Assembly (NCBI GenBank): GCA_000182565.2
Contig: KQ257469.1
DNA from: Spizellomyces punctatus DAOM BR117
Taxonomy: Eukaryota
DNA: 64,000 nt
Direction: 5' to 3' (one strand)
This document shows, piece by piece, positions 51,201 to 64,000 of the stretch (positions within the stretch are counted from its first letter, which is position 1; each line of letters begins with the position of its first letter). Made by a program: the position numbers and the translations under genes. Below the pieces are notes generated by a model. It made no database searches. It saw only the letters and a program-made list of their open reading frames with translations, and was not told the origin of the DNA.

Positions 51201-53518
51201 CAGTATCAGAAAGAGTAACGTATGATTTTGCTCATGGCTAAAACCGGTCTTTCTTAAATGACGCAGGCATCATAGTTGAACGAATTCTCCCTGACCATTA
51301 TACTAAAACATTGGTTGGCTCAGTGGTCGACCAAAACGTTTTCTCTCACTTGGTGCAAATCCACCTTCCCACGCTCTGGGCTCACTTGACCAAGTTGTAT
51401 ATGGATTTATCCACAATATCAGTACCTTGGTTTGTCTGCCTTTTTCTAAATACGGTTCCTTTGCGTGTCGGGGTGAAATTTTTGGACGCATTCTTCTTGG
51501 ACGGACCGAAGTTTCTGTTTTGGGTGGCTCTCGCCATTTTGAAGATAAACGAATCCCAACTAGTGCAGAAGGGCAAAGACGATGATCTCTTCGTTAGAAT
51601 CCTGAAAAACTTCTTTCAAAGACTGGGCACGGAAGGGGATGCCGACGCAAACGTCGGTGACGCTGAAGGTACTAGTGCATCAGAGGGTAGCGATCCTGCA
51701 CCTCCACGGGGCAGTCAAGACACGTTTAGACGGTTCGGCGGAGGCACAGATGCAGTTGACGTCTCCACGCTAACCGGACGGAAGCTCTTTGAACACCTGA
51801 TGTCGGTTGCGTACAGTACCTATTCATCGACGGTGACAGCGGAGGTAATCGAACCGCTGAGAATGCGCTACAGGCTCATAGTGGTGCATCAAATGGAGGA
51901 GACCAGTCGTAAGTCTCAAGTGCGAACGCTTTGTGAGCAAGTTTCAATGACTTTTGAAGAGGTGGGGATTGTCTATGATGAAGTGAGAAAGTATGAATAT
52001 GGTCACGAGGAGGAAGTGGAGGATGGGCGCGGCATCGCCGCTTTGAGAAAAAAAGAGGAAGAAGTCGAGGAGGCAGAAATGAGAGATTTATTGATCTCTC
52101 TGGGCGGATGGGGTATGGCTGGCCGTACCTCGGGCGAGGCTGGGAAGAAGAACAAAAAAAGGAGTAAAATGCAAAGACAGCAGGAAGTTGGACAGAAAAC
52201 AGTACGACTCAGCGATTTTCGGAAGGTCCTCGCTGTGGTCAGCCCATGGCGGAGTGGAACCACCGGAGTGGCACCGACAAAAGACGCAGGACGACCTTCC
52301 ACAGAAAATCGCGGTAATACATTAGGTCGCAGCTCAGTGGCGTCAACTCGTACTATACCACATAGTGGGTCAGGCACGTTGAAATCCTCTCCATCAGCAA
52401 GTTCAGTCAAAGGACAAGATCCGCTTGGAAGCAATCTAAGTCTGCGCAGCGTTGCATCAACGGACGAGATTCAGATTGGACTCACAGATCGAATGTATTT
52501 CTATTGTTCACTGCACTACAACTTCCTGCGGACTGCAAAACACCGAAGTACAGACGCGTCTTCACCTTTAGCGCCGCCGCAAGTAGGTGAAGCGACTGCA
52601 GATAGCCGAGATGCAAGTGGTCATGGAAGTGACAGGAGTACGTACATCGTGGATCTTGCGACCGTGGTCCATATTCTGGACATCATCATGAAGCAACCAT
52701 TGCATTCGCGTTTACGGTTCCTGTTCGATATTCATGACATCGACGGAGACGGATTTCTAAATAAGAACGAGCTCAAAGCTGTAATGGACAGCTTATTGGA
52801 GATGTTTGAAAGACTGCGACAAGAAGGCGTAGCTTCGGGAGCAGGAACTCCAGAGGGCACTCGGGAAGACGAGGAGCTTTACCTGAGCGCGGTGAGCTCG
52901 TTCCTAAATACAGCGCTCAAACTGGGGAATAATAAGGGAGACTCAACAGGAACTCTGAGCGGTTTTGGTTCAGGGAGCTCACAAGGAATGAAGAAGTCCG
53001 CGAGTATTGATCTAGTGCCTTCCCGTGATTCTGGTGGTTCAGGATCCAGTTCGAATCTAGCAGCATCACACTCGCGCCGTACAGGCGCTCATCGACATCA
53101 TCAACAGCATTTTAAACCGAAGCTTGATGAAGCGCTGGGAGAAGAGGAAGGTGAGGGGGATTTGGGAGGGGCACTGGGTGACGGCCCGCCATCTAAAGTC
53201 GATTTGACCGGATCGGGGATTGGACAAGGGCCGGGCCGCGGGTCGACGAAATATGAACGAGGGCACCGACGAAAGAGATCAGCTTCCTTATCCTCATCAG
53301 ATGGAAAGCTTGCCACAACCGAAGCAGTATCCGCATCTTCGAATATCCAGGCGGGTAGCGACACCTCATTGCCTTTTCGGCTATCCTTCAACGAATTTCT
53401 ACTGGCTGTACTTTCGCAAAGTGTCTTTGTTCAATACTTTGAGAGAATCTGGGTTCTATCCAAGGAGGATGGGACAGATATGGGTGACGGACGGATAGTC
53501 ATTGGTTGGAAGAAATAA
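48276..53518 (+). CDS. TBC1D8/TBC1D9/Mdr1-like Rab-GAP (2 GRAM + TBC + EF-hand)
   Basis: MFIKP N-terminus; GRAM motifs [12 protein letters not shown] and FRQLFRLP...[15 protein letters not shown] motifs [31 protein letters not shown]-hand [13 protein letters not shown]. Confidence 0.92.
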
Positions 53519-54232
53519 GCTTGATGTCTGTAGTCTATCTTGGAGACTTGCTGAATCAGCAATATCATGTGATTAAATGAACCTCACAGCCACCACCTCA
53601 TATCTTCCCACAGTCCTCCCAAAACCGCCAGGTTTGCTTCTGATTCCAATGTTTTCCACAATGAGAGAAGATTGTGTTCAGTTAGAAGGAGATCTTGATT
53701 CTGCATCAGTGAATCCGGGGGAAGACTCGTTGTCGTTAGCAGCGGAGCTGACCGCGATCCCATTTGCCAGGTTTCTCCAGGAAGCAGAGACATGCACTTC
53801 CATAGCGTTTTGCCGACTTTCTTCTTTCTCGTTCCTTCGCACGTCTAGAGTCTCGACAACCGTAATAAAAACTGAGTCCTACAATTACAGTTTTTTGGAA
53901 AGTCCCTATACATCGCCTGTGGCTCCGCGTAGGACCGTTAATTCAATTCGCACGGGAGACTTACTTGGTGAGTTAAAGATTGTTGACGGCAAGCGCCTAC
54001 TTCTCCGCTAAGATCGCATGAAAAGGGCCTAGCGATGGCAACGCCCTCTCAGCTAGTCCCAGCAGCATTGGGTCCAGCTACGTTGACTGGGGGTCCAATA
54101 TGGGCTCCCCAACCTCAAAGCATCACAGATTGAACGACAAGTATGACAGAATGAGTGTGAGAACCTTACGCACAGTTCAACCGTCATCTCGTTCCCTAGT
54201 TCAAACATACCCTGCAGGAGAAGCTGGATGAA

Positions 54233-55707
54233 ATGGCATCCCAACTGGTCTCAGGTCCTCGACGCACTCTTGGATCCGGTCGTAAAAAAAGACTTTTCAA
54301 AGGGGCGATTGCCCAAGACTTTGCTGACTTACAGCGAAGAAATACCCGCACGAGATTAGGAGAACAATTTAGTACCTTACTGGGGAGGCGAAATGTCAGC
54401 ACCCCCACGCTAGAAAGGTACTCGACCCGAAATCTTCGAAGAGAGGAAATGAGGGCTAGATATAGCACACCAGAATTCCAGCGGAAGAAGCCTGTAGCTG
54501 ATGAAGATGACCCGCTACTTCTAAACGTGGGCACAGGTTTGCTTTTGCAACGGACGAAAGAGCAGCCAATGGTCCGCTGGACCAATGCACCGCCATCGAA
54601 GAATCCTTTCTTGGATGAGCCTAAAGTAATACCATGGGTAAGAAGGTACACTGCGAAGCTTGTGACAGTAGTCATGTCAATCCGATATATTTCTAGTCCA
54701 CACCTGGGCCTCGAATACGAAGACACGAAGCGGTAGGACAGGACTACATGGATGCAGTGGAGCTCCACCCCTCTTTAGACAATTGGTCCCGACCGAATGC
54801 ACACGAAACTTGGGCTGATCAGCGTCAGATCCAATTCAAGGGGATAACTTTTGTGTCAGGAAGTGGCTCACCAATCAGAAGCGGCACTCCACCATTGAGG
54901 AGCCTGCAGTTTTCACCGTTTGCGCGGGATAAAAGACAGGAAGAGGGAGCCGTTCAAACAGATGTCAATCCCACTTCCGAAGGTGGTGCTTTACCGGATG
55001 TACGGACGTCGTCTGAATCAAATATTTACGTTCGACAGCTGAGACATCTTGGCCCATCGGCGGATCTATTTGCATTTATGCCTCAAGAAGATGGAGAAGC
55101 AGTTGCAGACATTGACAATACCAGCAACACAGCGGATCAACCAGGGATTGGAAAGTGGCCAGGGGTAATGAACCAAGCTATACAGGCCGCAGTCCTTATA
55201 GAAAATGAGACAGAAGGCGCTTGCAAATCGCAATTCGGTGAGCCGTATCGCAATGCGGATAACCTTCCTCTCGGTCCTACACATCGTACTGCATCTTTTA
55301 ACAGTGATTTGCTTGATGTGGACTTAACGATTGAAGAGCTGGAAGCATTGGATCGCCTTGAGAAAGAGGCGCTAGGGCAAGCCGACACAGTGACAACTAA
55401 TCACAACACGGACACGGCGACAGCGAAAAATGCACGAACAAACATGCTCTTTGCCAGGAATGACCAGAAATCCATCAGCGAATCGAAATCATTGCAAGAT
55501 ATCCTTTCTGCCGACCGCCTTGAGCAACATGCACGGTTTGCTCGCGGGGGTGGAGAAGGCGCAGCCAGTAAACCTGAAAGCAATACGTTCCAAACGACAA
55601 TGGATTTATTGCCAAAGTACCCATCCAAGTTTTACGGCCATAATAACCCAACGACGTATCCTAGTCCCCCAGATGACAGACTTAAGTCGAAGGTATATCG
55701 CAAATGA
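54233..55707 (+). CDS. Hypothetical, largely disordered protein (5' exons uncertain)
   Basis: ORFs 54233-54736 and 54748-55707 join in frame through an intron (TGG|gtaaga...ttctag|TCC). No recognisable domain. Confidence 0.55.
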
Positions 55708-55822
55708 TGCAGTATGTGAAAGCGTATTACAACGTGATCCCTATTACAAAATTCTGACAAAGATGTAAGAAATGTATTATTCTAAATCTGGCGAACTGTG
55801 GCTAGCTTTGTTGCAATAAATA

Positions 55823-56699
55823 CTATCCTTTCAGAGAAGTTGCTTCACGTCTTTCCAGTCGTCTGAGGACCTTGGCGGGATTTCCAGCTACTACTACATA
55901 GGGTTCTACGTCTTTCGTGACAACGCTACCAGCCCCAACAGTCACACCATCTCCGATAGTAACGCCTGGAAGAATTGTGCAATTGCCACCTATCCAAACA
56001 TCATTTCCGATCTGACAGCAGCAGGATTTTAGATGTGCAGCTCATGTTGGATGTCACAACCCATCGTACCTTGATAGGTTTGCCCAGTTCAGGGCCCCAG
56101 TTGCGTCGGATTTCGGGGTCAACTGGGTGCGTTGCAGCAAAAAGACAGACATTGGGTCCAAACAGGCTACCGAACAAAAAGTTTGGTTGATGAGCAAACC
56201 TTAATCTTAAAGTATACCAAAGACACATACACATCATTTCCGATTTCAACTTTGCAAGTGTCCAATATTACAGTTCCAAAGTTCTGCAGCCATAGGAGCA
56301 ATGGCCATCAATCATTTCATTTCTTTGAAAGTACGCATGACACAGCGCAGATTATCAGTATCCATACCATGAAGACTCTATCACCAATAAACGTGTTTTT
56401 TCCCTGCGGAAACGCACGATTACTCGTCCATCATAGTAGTGGTCCTTGAGTACTCAGAAATTACCTACATAATCGCACCGTAGGGGAGGCAGAATGCTGC
56501 ATTCCTCGCCAAACTTTCCAAACAACCGTCTCAAGAGATCTTGCTTTTCGTTTTGTGGCGTGTCTTCGTCGAGGTCATTAAACTTTCTGCACATTTTGCT
56601 CGCTCTGGTTCTTTTCTGCGTAAGATCTGGGTCAGTGGCGATGTAGAGGTCGCCTGCGAGCATCTTTTCCTCCTCCGTTCGACGGTCATTGGCGGTCAT
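55823..56699 (-). CDS. Maltose/galactoside O-acetyltransferase family protein (hexapeptide repeat)
   Basis: [24 protein letters not shown]...[22 protein letters not shown]...[23 protein letters not shown]...VAGNPA. Confidence 0.93.
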
Positions 56700-56806
56700 T
56701 GTGCAATTCAGAGTGGTGTTTACCAACTTGACGTCCTCCAAACATGTAAAACGCGGTGTCTAGAGGTCTGGCTTAGCTTTGTAAGCGTTGGTTTGTCCTC
56801 TACCAA

Positions 56807-58972
56807 ATGAGCTACGGGGAGATCCCGTTGTGGGATTCGAGGGTGGACGAAGAGCCGTTTGCACTTCCGGTACCAAAGAAAACCACGTTGGAGATACTTC
56901 CAGAGGAATTTCGCAGAGCATTGTCACCTGAGCGCTTTATCGTAGAAGAAAGTTACCCTCCGCATGACGAAGAGGCAAACGCTGCCTTTGAGGAGTGGGT
57001 GGGCTCCGATGGCACGCAACGCCTGCTAAACACTGAGGAGAGTTACTGGGGTCACACTGACCAGCAAAGTTCGGCGGAAACTCTGGTCGGTAGCACTGAA
57101 GGTTCGACAAAAGCTTATCTTCAACCTGGGGGCAAACGGGTAGGTGTTGCTAATAGTATGGGCTTTCGACCATAGCACAGAGCTGAATTATCAGTGCACT
57201 AGGACTCTCATTATTTGAGGCCTGTTTTCAGAATATTTCTTGCCGGCGCAGCCTGCTTGCTGCTTCTGGCGCTGGGAGTCGGAGTGTGGGCGGTCACCAA
57301 ACGGGGTGAGGAAACATCATCCTCGTCAGCAACGACTCTCTCCTCGGCGGATGCATATGCCCGTACAATAATATTAATTTCATTGGATGGGTTTCGTGCA
57401 TCCTATTTAAATCGAAACCTCACGCCGGCTTTGGCTCAACTTGGTAGGTCCTTTACAAATAGTGTCACATCTGACTTTTCTGTGGTAGCATTTGACATGT
57501 TTCTCTGCCAGCGGCCGATGGCATTCATGCAAAGACTATGCAGCCAGTATTCCCGGTACGTATCTTGTTTAGCAAAGTTGAATGCAGCGCGCTCTGAGGC
57601 TTTGCTTCAGTCCATCACGTTTCCGAACCACTACAGTATTGTCACCGGCTTGTATCCAGAGTCACATGGGATTGTAGCCAATGTAACTATCAAACCCTAC
57701 TTTGCCTTTCCTCGTCTTGTGCGCCAATCATTGATGCTGTGCAGGTCTTTTACGACCCTGAGAAAGACGACACGTTCGTCTACGTTGACCCGGCGAGCAA
57801 TGGCAATGGTCAGTGGTGGGGTGGCGAGCCGATATGGGTGACGGCCATTAAGCAGTCACATCGATCTGCAGCGTGCATGTGGTAGGCATCATTTTCTTTT
57901 TGACCAATGTGCAAGAACAAGTTGCTTAATCTGTTTCCAGGCCAGGTTCTGAAGCTGCCATTCAAGTAAGCATCTACCGCAGAACGCACATATATTTCAC
58001 AGACGGCTTATGTATCCGCCTGATTTAGGATATCCGTCCAACGTACTGGTTCAAATACAACCATACCATGCCCTTGTTCGACAGAGCGGAAAAGATATTG
58101 GAATGGTTGGAAAAGCCCTTGGAAGAGCGCCCTTCAGTCCTTACCATGTATATTCCCGATGTGGATTCAGCTGGGCATTGGGCCGGAGTGGATTCGAAAG
58201 AAGTCAATGACTCTTTAGTTCGAGTGGACCAGGCTATTGAGCACTTGCTGCAAGGACTGGAAGAGCGGAACTTGACGGGAAAAGTGAATTTGATGGTTGT
58301 GAGTGACCATGGAATGACAAACAGCTCGAAGGATCGGATAGTCTTCTTGGATGATTACATCAACCTGAACGATGTAACCATTCTCGAGAACAAGCCACTT
58401 GTTATGCTGTACCCGAATGAAGGAAACGGTACGTACAAAGGCCGATATGCATGTGTAAGGGGCAAGTCGACCTGATTACGTATACCCCAATAATGGTAGC
58501 TACCGAAGGAATTCTCGAAGCGCTCACCAAAGGTTCCAAAGAAAACGGTCGCTTTAAAGTCTGGCGCCGTGAAGATGCACCCGCCGAATATCACTATTCT
58601 CATTCATCCCGGATCGGACCGATCGTGGCGATTCCTGAGAATGTACGTATCGTCTGATGTCAAGCTGGTCTCGCATTCACTGACATAAAATTGCAGGGAT
58701 GGGTTTTCGCCGTGCGCTCAACCTACGACCCGACAAAACCATTTCAACCCATAGGTCTCCACGGATACAATATCACCCACCCAGATATGCAAAGCATCTT
58801 CATTGCGTCAGGACCGGCGTTCAGACCTTCTAAAGAACCTATCCCTACTTTCCTGAACTTGGAACTTTACAACCTTATGTGCCGCATCATGGATTTGGCA
58901 CCCGCTCCAAATAATGGGACCAGGGGCTGGATGGAGGAATTTGAAAAGAGATGGCTAGCCCCTGGCTGGTAG
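56807..58972 (+). CDS. Type II membrane nucleotide pyrophosphatase/phosphodiesterase (ENPP/Npp1-like)
   Basis: TM segment IFLAGAACLLLLALGVGVWAV; ILISLDGFR, ITFPNHYSIVTGLYPESHGIVAN, WWGGEPIW, VDSAGH, VSDHGM, GLHGY, APNNGT. Confidence 0.93.
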
Positions 58973-59900
58973 AATGGGTAGACATTTATTTGTATATAGG
59001 ACTTATATTGTAAAAATATGGCCGTGTCTCGAGCGATTACAGCACAGCGTTCGACGTTGTGCGTAACTGTTTCCGCAACTGCATTCCATGCTATCAGACT
59101 CTGACATTGAAGCATTGTTCCTTTGCATCTAGACCTCGCCCGCATGATGAAGAGCGGCTCCATACGGTAGCCTCTTTGGCGACGCTGACAAGAGTAAAGG
59201 GATTGATATTGCTGACCTTTACGACCACGTAACGCTTCGAGCGTATAGCGCTATGGGTGAAAAAAATCAGCTTGTATGCCGATTAAACAAGACATCAGAC
59301 AGCGTCTGGAAGAGACGACAACAAGGCCAAAGAAGAATACACTTGGGCTTGCTAGGCTGTTCCAGATCTGTCCTGATGGGGACTGTTCTATGGCAAGCTA
59401 CTGCGAAGGAAACAAAACGGTTGCACTGTTGAAAGAATAAATGTTCACGTGCCCGCTGCTAAATCACGTGCCAACATCTTGAACCTGTGTTGGAATGGCA
59501 AGCGCTCTGTCGTTTCTGTGGTAAGGATATGGCTTATGACGACTAGACGATTCCACGAGATGGACCACTGGTTTTTATCGGCGTGTTTACCCCAACGAAA
59601 GATCTTCTCGGTGCCTATTGGTACATATGTGAAAAGATTGTAGAAATAATCAATACGATGCCTCTGAAGAGCATGAGAGTGAGAGGGTTGGAATGTACAA
59701 AAATGCTGAATTGTATATACGAGAGATAATATAGGTTTCTAATCTACATGTCCATATGGTTAAAGTATTGTGCAATGACAACCCGTGGATTTCTTCTTAT
59801 ATCCCTCTCCTTTATCGATTTGGGGAGAGGAAATGCTAAATGTGTATCGGTCCTCGCCAGTCGCCTTGAACGCAAAGTTTCAGTTGATTACAATACCAAC

Positions 59901-61050
59901 TCAACTAGCGGAGTGGTAGGCACCTCTACTTACCCTCTTCTCAACATCAATCTCCTTTAATCCACTCAGCAATACATCTGACTTTTCTATCCGGGGAAGA
60001 TACGACTCCGGCCGTGCTTGGTCCCATTGATGGTTCCGTTGTCCTGATTGTAACCTCTCTCCATTCCCGGTGGCTGTCGCCCATTCACGGATCTCTTTCG
60101 GTGATCGACCGTTGTATGGTGAGCGCTCACCATTGTGTTTGATGGTTGGAACCTTGGCCACATTTCGACTGCCATGGTTCGCTACATATACGACTGTCCC
60201 GTCAACTTCCGAGCTATAGTCCATAAAAACAGCGTACTGTGAGTCTTGACGCTCCGGAGGCTTCTTTGGCCGTTTCCCGGAGCGATCCCTATCCTGAGAA
60301 CGCGTTTGAGGTGAAAGTGGGAGGGGAAGAGGGGGCTTGGTGGCACGTTGCGGTGCATTGGCTGGCGTTGGTTGAGACCCTCTCCTTGGGGGACGGACTA
60401 TGGCACTTCCAGCACTGTCTATGTAATGTTGCCTTTGTGATGGCAACGCATTGCGCTGAACCGCCGAAGCCTCCGCCGCTCTTTTCTGAGAATGATGAGA
60501 CGAGGCTTCCCGATGGACACTTTGGTTTCTTAGGGGAACAGTAAGTTCGGATGGAGAAGGGGGTGGTTCCTCTCCATCTGGGTACGCTTTAATATCGATG
60601 GTGGTCACTTGTTCAGGCATTAGCTGTTTGAGCACCGTTGGAATTGGGACATCGTCGTAATTCGACCATCTATTGAAGTACTTTTTACCATCTGCGGTTT
60701 CCCTCTCTTGTGCAACAGACGAGTTTATGGCAGGCAGGTTTTCAGGTCCGCGCGGGCTGAAAGCAAAAAGGATATGAGATGGGCTTGACTTTTGCGAGGG
60801 TAGAGCGCATAAACAAAGCCACGTACGTACATTTTGTCCCTTGTTCTAAATGGTTCAGCTGTCACCCACAAGGGAACACTAGATGAGCGCCAGTGCATTC
60901 GCAGGTCTACTAAAACTTGTGTTACTCACGTATTGCAGAAGACTGCTTATCCGCACTACCAGGGTTCGCTACCCCTCCCTTCTTGGCAGGTAAGCCAACC
61001 GCCCGCTCCCTCTGAGCGTATATTCGTTGTTCGTTCATGTCGATGACCTG
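59901..61050 (-). CDS. Hypothetical P/R/S-rich protein (5' end uncertain)
   Basis: 244-aa ORF that extends upstream through spliced exons (..LRMHWRSSSVPLWVTAEPFRTRDK|IPRGPENLP..). Start codon not resolved. Confidence 0.5.
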
Positions 61051-61250
61051 CGCTTTTGCAGAATGTCGATCATCGGCATAGAAAGAGCTGACAGCAAATG
61101 GTCAAGACCAGCAATGAGGTCTTCATTCCAAAACGCAGAAGATGGGGCGGGTTACATTTGCTCACATTTCCTCAAAGGAAATGCACACTTGAAAACCCAA
61201 AGCCACGACGTGTTTCAAACTCCCAAGATTTGCGGTCGATGAGCATTTTA

Positions 61251-61258
61251 TCACGTGA
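61251..61258. promoter_or_regulatory. E-box TCACGTGA upstream of the HDAC gene
   Basis: Palindrome ATCACGTGAT about 70 nt before the ATG at 61327. Confidence 0.4.
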
Positions 61259-61326
61259 TCATCAATGAGGGGGACTTTATAGAGTTTTGTTTGAAGTTTT
61301 TTTTTGGACATCTCATCCGCGTTTAG

Positions 61327-62689
61327 ATGGCCACTCCACATTCTGCAAAGCGCCAACGGACAACGTCACCTTTGGCTCACCAGTCGAGGGTCCTTGTGCT
61401 GTCTCATCCCAATACCCATCACCACACAGGACACACCTCCTCGCGCGACTCGTCAGGCGAAAAACCAGAACGGACAATGGCCATCCTAACCTATCTTGCA
61501 AAGCTTTACCCTGTCTCCCATGGACTTTTACAACCACCCACGCCCCCGCAGGTGGTATTTGACTCCAACCCACCGCGCGCACAACTGAGGGACTTGTGGC
61601 GCGTACACGACGTTGAATATATTGGGAGAATTATAGATCAGACCCCAAAGTGTGGTGGGCGATCCAGGCATTTCTCACCTGGCAGAGCCGGCGTCAAGAC
61701 CACGTATGTAACCTTTTTTCCAACTCTTCCGATTGCAAACGACTCTAACTGTCCAATTTTCCAGCTTCCTAAGTCCTGGTAGCACTGAAGCCATTCTTCG
61801 TGCAGCAGGCGCTGTGACAACAGCCATTGACACTGTTTTGGCATCAGATAGCAATATCACAACGGCATTTTGTGTTGTGAGGCCACCTGGACATCACTGT
61901 GGATGGAGCGGGGTGGAGCCTCTGGACACGGATATAGATTTGGCACAGGGATTTTGTTATGTGAATAACGTTATGGTGAGTGGAACGCGTTTTCTTTGCA
62001 GCAGCAACTCTGTACTCTGTTTCGGACCATGTCTGATATTTGCAATGTTTGCAATATCAGGTTGGAGCAGCATATGCAGTGCATGAATACGACACCCGCG
62101 TGGCAATTCTGGATTTTGATGTGCACCACGTAAGTACCTCGGAAATGACAGGATTTTCCCAGCTACTAAAGAATTCATTCCATTCATTTAGGGAAACGGC
62201 ACTGAAGGCATAATGCGACGTCTCCTCTCTACTCATCCTCCAGAGATACCTTTTCCCCTCCTTTTCATCAGCACCCACCAGTATTCGCCTGGGTTTTACC
62301 CAGGTACAGGTTCACCACATCCTTCCTCATCCCCCTACTCCCGTCACATCATCAACATTCCATTAGCACGTGGTACATCCTCCGCAGAATTTCGCAAAGC
62401 ACTAAAAGAGCAAGCACTCACAGCGCTACGTGATTTTGCACCAACATTGATACTCATAAGCGCTGGGTTTGACAGTCATGCGGAAGATCACGTTGGCGAT
62501 CTAGACCTCGTTGACGAGGATTTTCAATGGATCAGCATGGTATGCAAAAGAATCCAGAAGAAAATTGTATCAGTTTTGGAGGGAGGCTATCTGGGGGACA
62601 CGAGTGAATCATGCCTGGTGCGGAGCTGTGCCGCGCATATCAAGGGCCTACTCGATGAGGGCGAGGATTCGTCGAAAGTCGGATCATAG
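61327..62689 (+). CDS. Zn-dependent histone deacetylase family protein (class II/Hos3-like, single domain)
   Basis: E.PER, RVHD..Y, VRPPGHHCG, GFCYVNNV, LDFDVHHGNGT, STHQ...FYPGTG, INIPL, ISAGFDSH..D, VLEGGY. Confidence 0.92.
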
Positions 62690-62822
62690 CTCCAATACTG
62701 AAAGGAGCCGCCAGTATATAAGAATCCCATCTACTAAACAAAATTTCTGTACCGCTTCAGCCGGCCAAGCTAGGCTAACTCTAAGCATCACAGTAACAAA
62801 CAGTTTTCCTAAATGCTCTGGA

Positions 62823-64000
62823 CTATGGAGGACGTCCTCCTGTGCCATCCGTTACAGACCAGCCCCTTACCTTGGCAGGTCCATTTGCAGCACCATTCAT
62901 CTGTGCGCGCGCAGCATTCCCAGTTGTATTGCGCCGCTTTGCATTGTTTCCACCGCCTCTTCCCATCTTCTTTCCGGTTGCTGTGCGTTGCCGAAAATCC
63001 GCGGCATTGGACACCGTTCGGGGACGAGGCATTCCGCCGCTTGAGGGGGGAGATGTGGGACTCGGCGGTATAACCTTGGCTGTAAGTGGGACAACATTAC
63101 TGACAAGTGACTCCACCACCGATGGTGGTGGGGGTGGCGCCATGGACTCTGGCGACAGAAACGCCTTTGTTGGCATCAGTGTCGACGTTGAAGAAGGTTG
63201 TGAAGAATGTGGAGGGGATACAATGTCGGTATTCATTCCGTTCGACCCATTCCCGCATGCTCCCGCTTGAAGTTGGCCAGGTGCTTGCACTTGCCCATGT
63301 CCCTCATTTCTCCCCTTCCCATTTTTATCCCCTCTGTCCCGCATGTAACTGCGCTCATAAGTTACTTTTCGCCTCCCCTCTCCACTCCCACCCTTCTCCT
63401 CGGCAGCACACCTCGTACATTGACAAACGAAAAAGTAATCGGCCTGCAATCGTGCTCGCCTGGCTTGAAGCGGCATATTCGTGTCAATATAGGATATTGT
63501 TAAAGCCTCACCCTCATCAACTGTTCTTCGAGCTGTCACAGACATGACCATTCCATTCTGAATCATGACACAGTTTGGATCGCACGAGTGCTAAGTTGCA
63601 AAGTGTCTTATCAGCAATCTGACACTAGGAGTTTTGATGGCCATTTTCATATCCCTTACATTAAAGTAGCTCGCCTTTGGAAAGACAGCCCTCCCCATGC
63701 ATTGCTCCTTTTTTGGACTCCAAAGACCAAACCCATTACTTTCTATTTTGCTGATTAGGTTGAGAACAAAGTCGGATGCGTCTCCCCTTGGACCTCTTGG
63801 AACCCTATCATCATCCTCCAAAAGCCCACAATCTTCCAACAGTCGTATGATAAAGTTTTTTGTTTTCTTCCAATCACGAGCGTCCTCAGCTGGCCAGTCC
63901 ATGTAATGGGACTGCAGGTTGTCTACCTCTTGCCAGGTGCATGTCTCTGGAATCAGCTGACAAGTGTTTGAAGACGAACATGACTCGTTCGTTGCCGATG
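62823..64000 (-). CDS. SMYD-type SET-domain methyltransferase (3' part; starts beyond window)
   Basis: NGFGLW, GRAVFPKASYFN|HSCDPNC, GEALTISYID, R...LQADYFFVCQCTRC (post-SET), then a low-complexity tail. Confidence 0.88.

Noticed and set aside
53897..54110. GGAAAGTCCC resembling RNase MRP CR-I, with GGGCT downstream
   Set aside because: The P4 partner and CR-V context are poor and the spacing is short; it cannot be supported without an Infernal scan.
55823..56699. Recent horizontal transfer of a bacterial-like maa acetyltransferase
   Set aside because: The gene has four typical host introns, and the family is known in fungi.

Overview
Gene-dense, intron-rich eukaryotic DNA with short introns (mostly 50-75 nt, GT-AG, CTRAC-type branch sites). 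It is most consistent with a flagellated fungus (chytrid): fungal-type housekeeping genes sit next to a very large HYDIN/CFAP47-like multi-ASH axonemal protein. I reconstructed about 28 spliced protein genes, in order: HYDIN-like (partial), BUB3, an SS18/SSXT-domain Q-rich protein, mitochondrial uS13, thiamine pyrophosphokinase, an unknown, ARG8, a LAM/GRAMD1 sterol transfer protein, an E2, probable ATP18, a small SET protein, a CoA-binding protein, SEC22, oligopeptidase B, ALG9, a KNOP1/SMAP-like protein, an SDR, SEN1, a second SDR, a NEPRO/RMP1-like protein, SART1/SNU66, a TBC1D8/9-like GAP, an unknown, an O-acetyltransferase, ENPP, an unknown, an HDAC and a SMYD (partial). I found no rRNA, tRNA, mobile element or CRISPR array, and no clear novel multi-gene system. 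The most notable oddities are: a SET gene whose catalytic ELxxxYG motif is out of frame; near-perfect strand alternation with tiny shared promoters carrying X-box, E-box and Gcn4-like motifs; peroxisomal or dual-targeting signals on three enzymes; a candidate intron-switched targeting tail on uS13; a U12-like donor in a UbcH7-like E2; and promoter motifs inside a seemingly empty convergent gap. CDS coordinates are whole gene spans including introns, built by eye.
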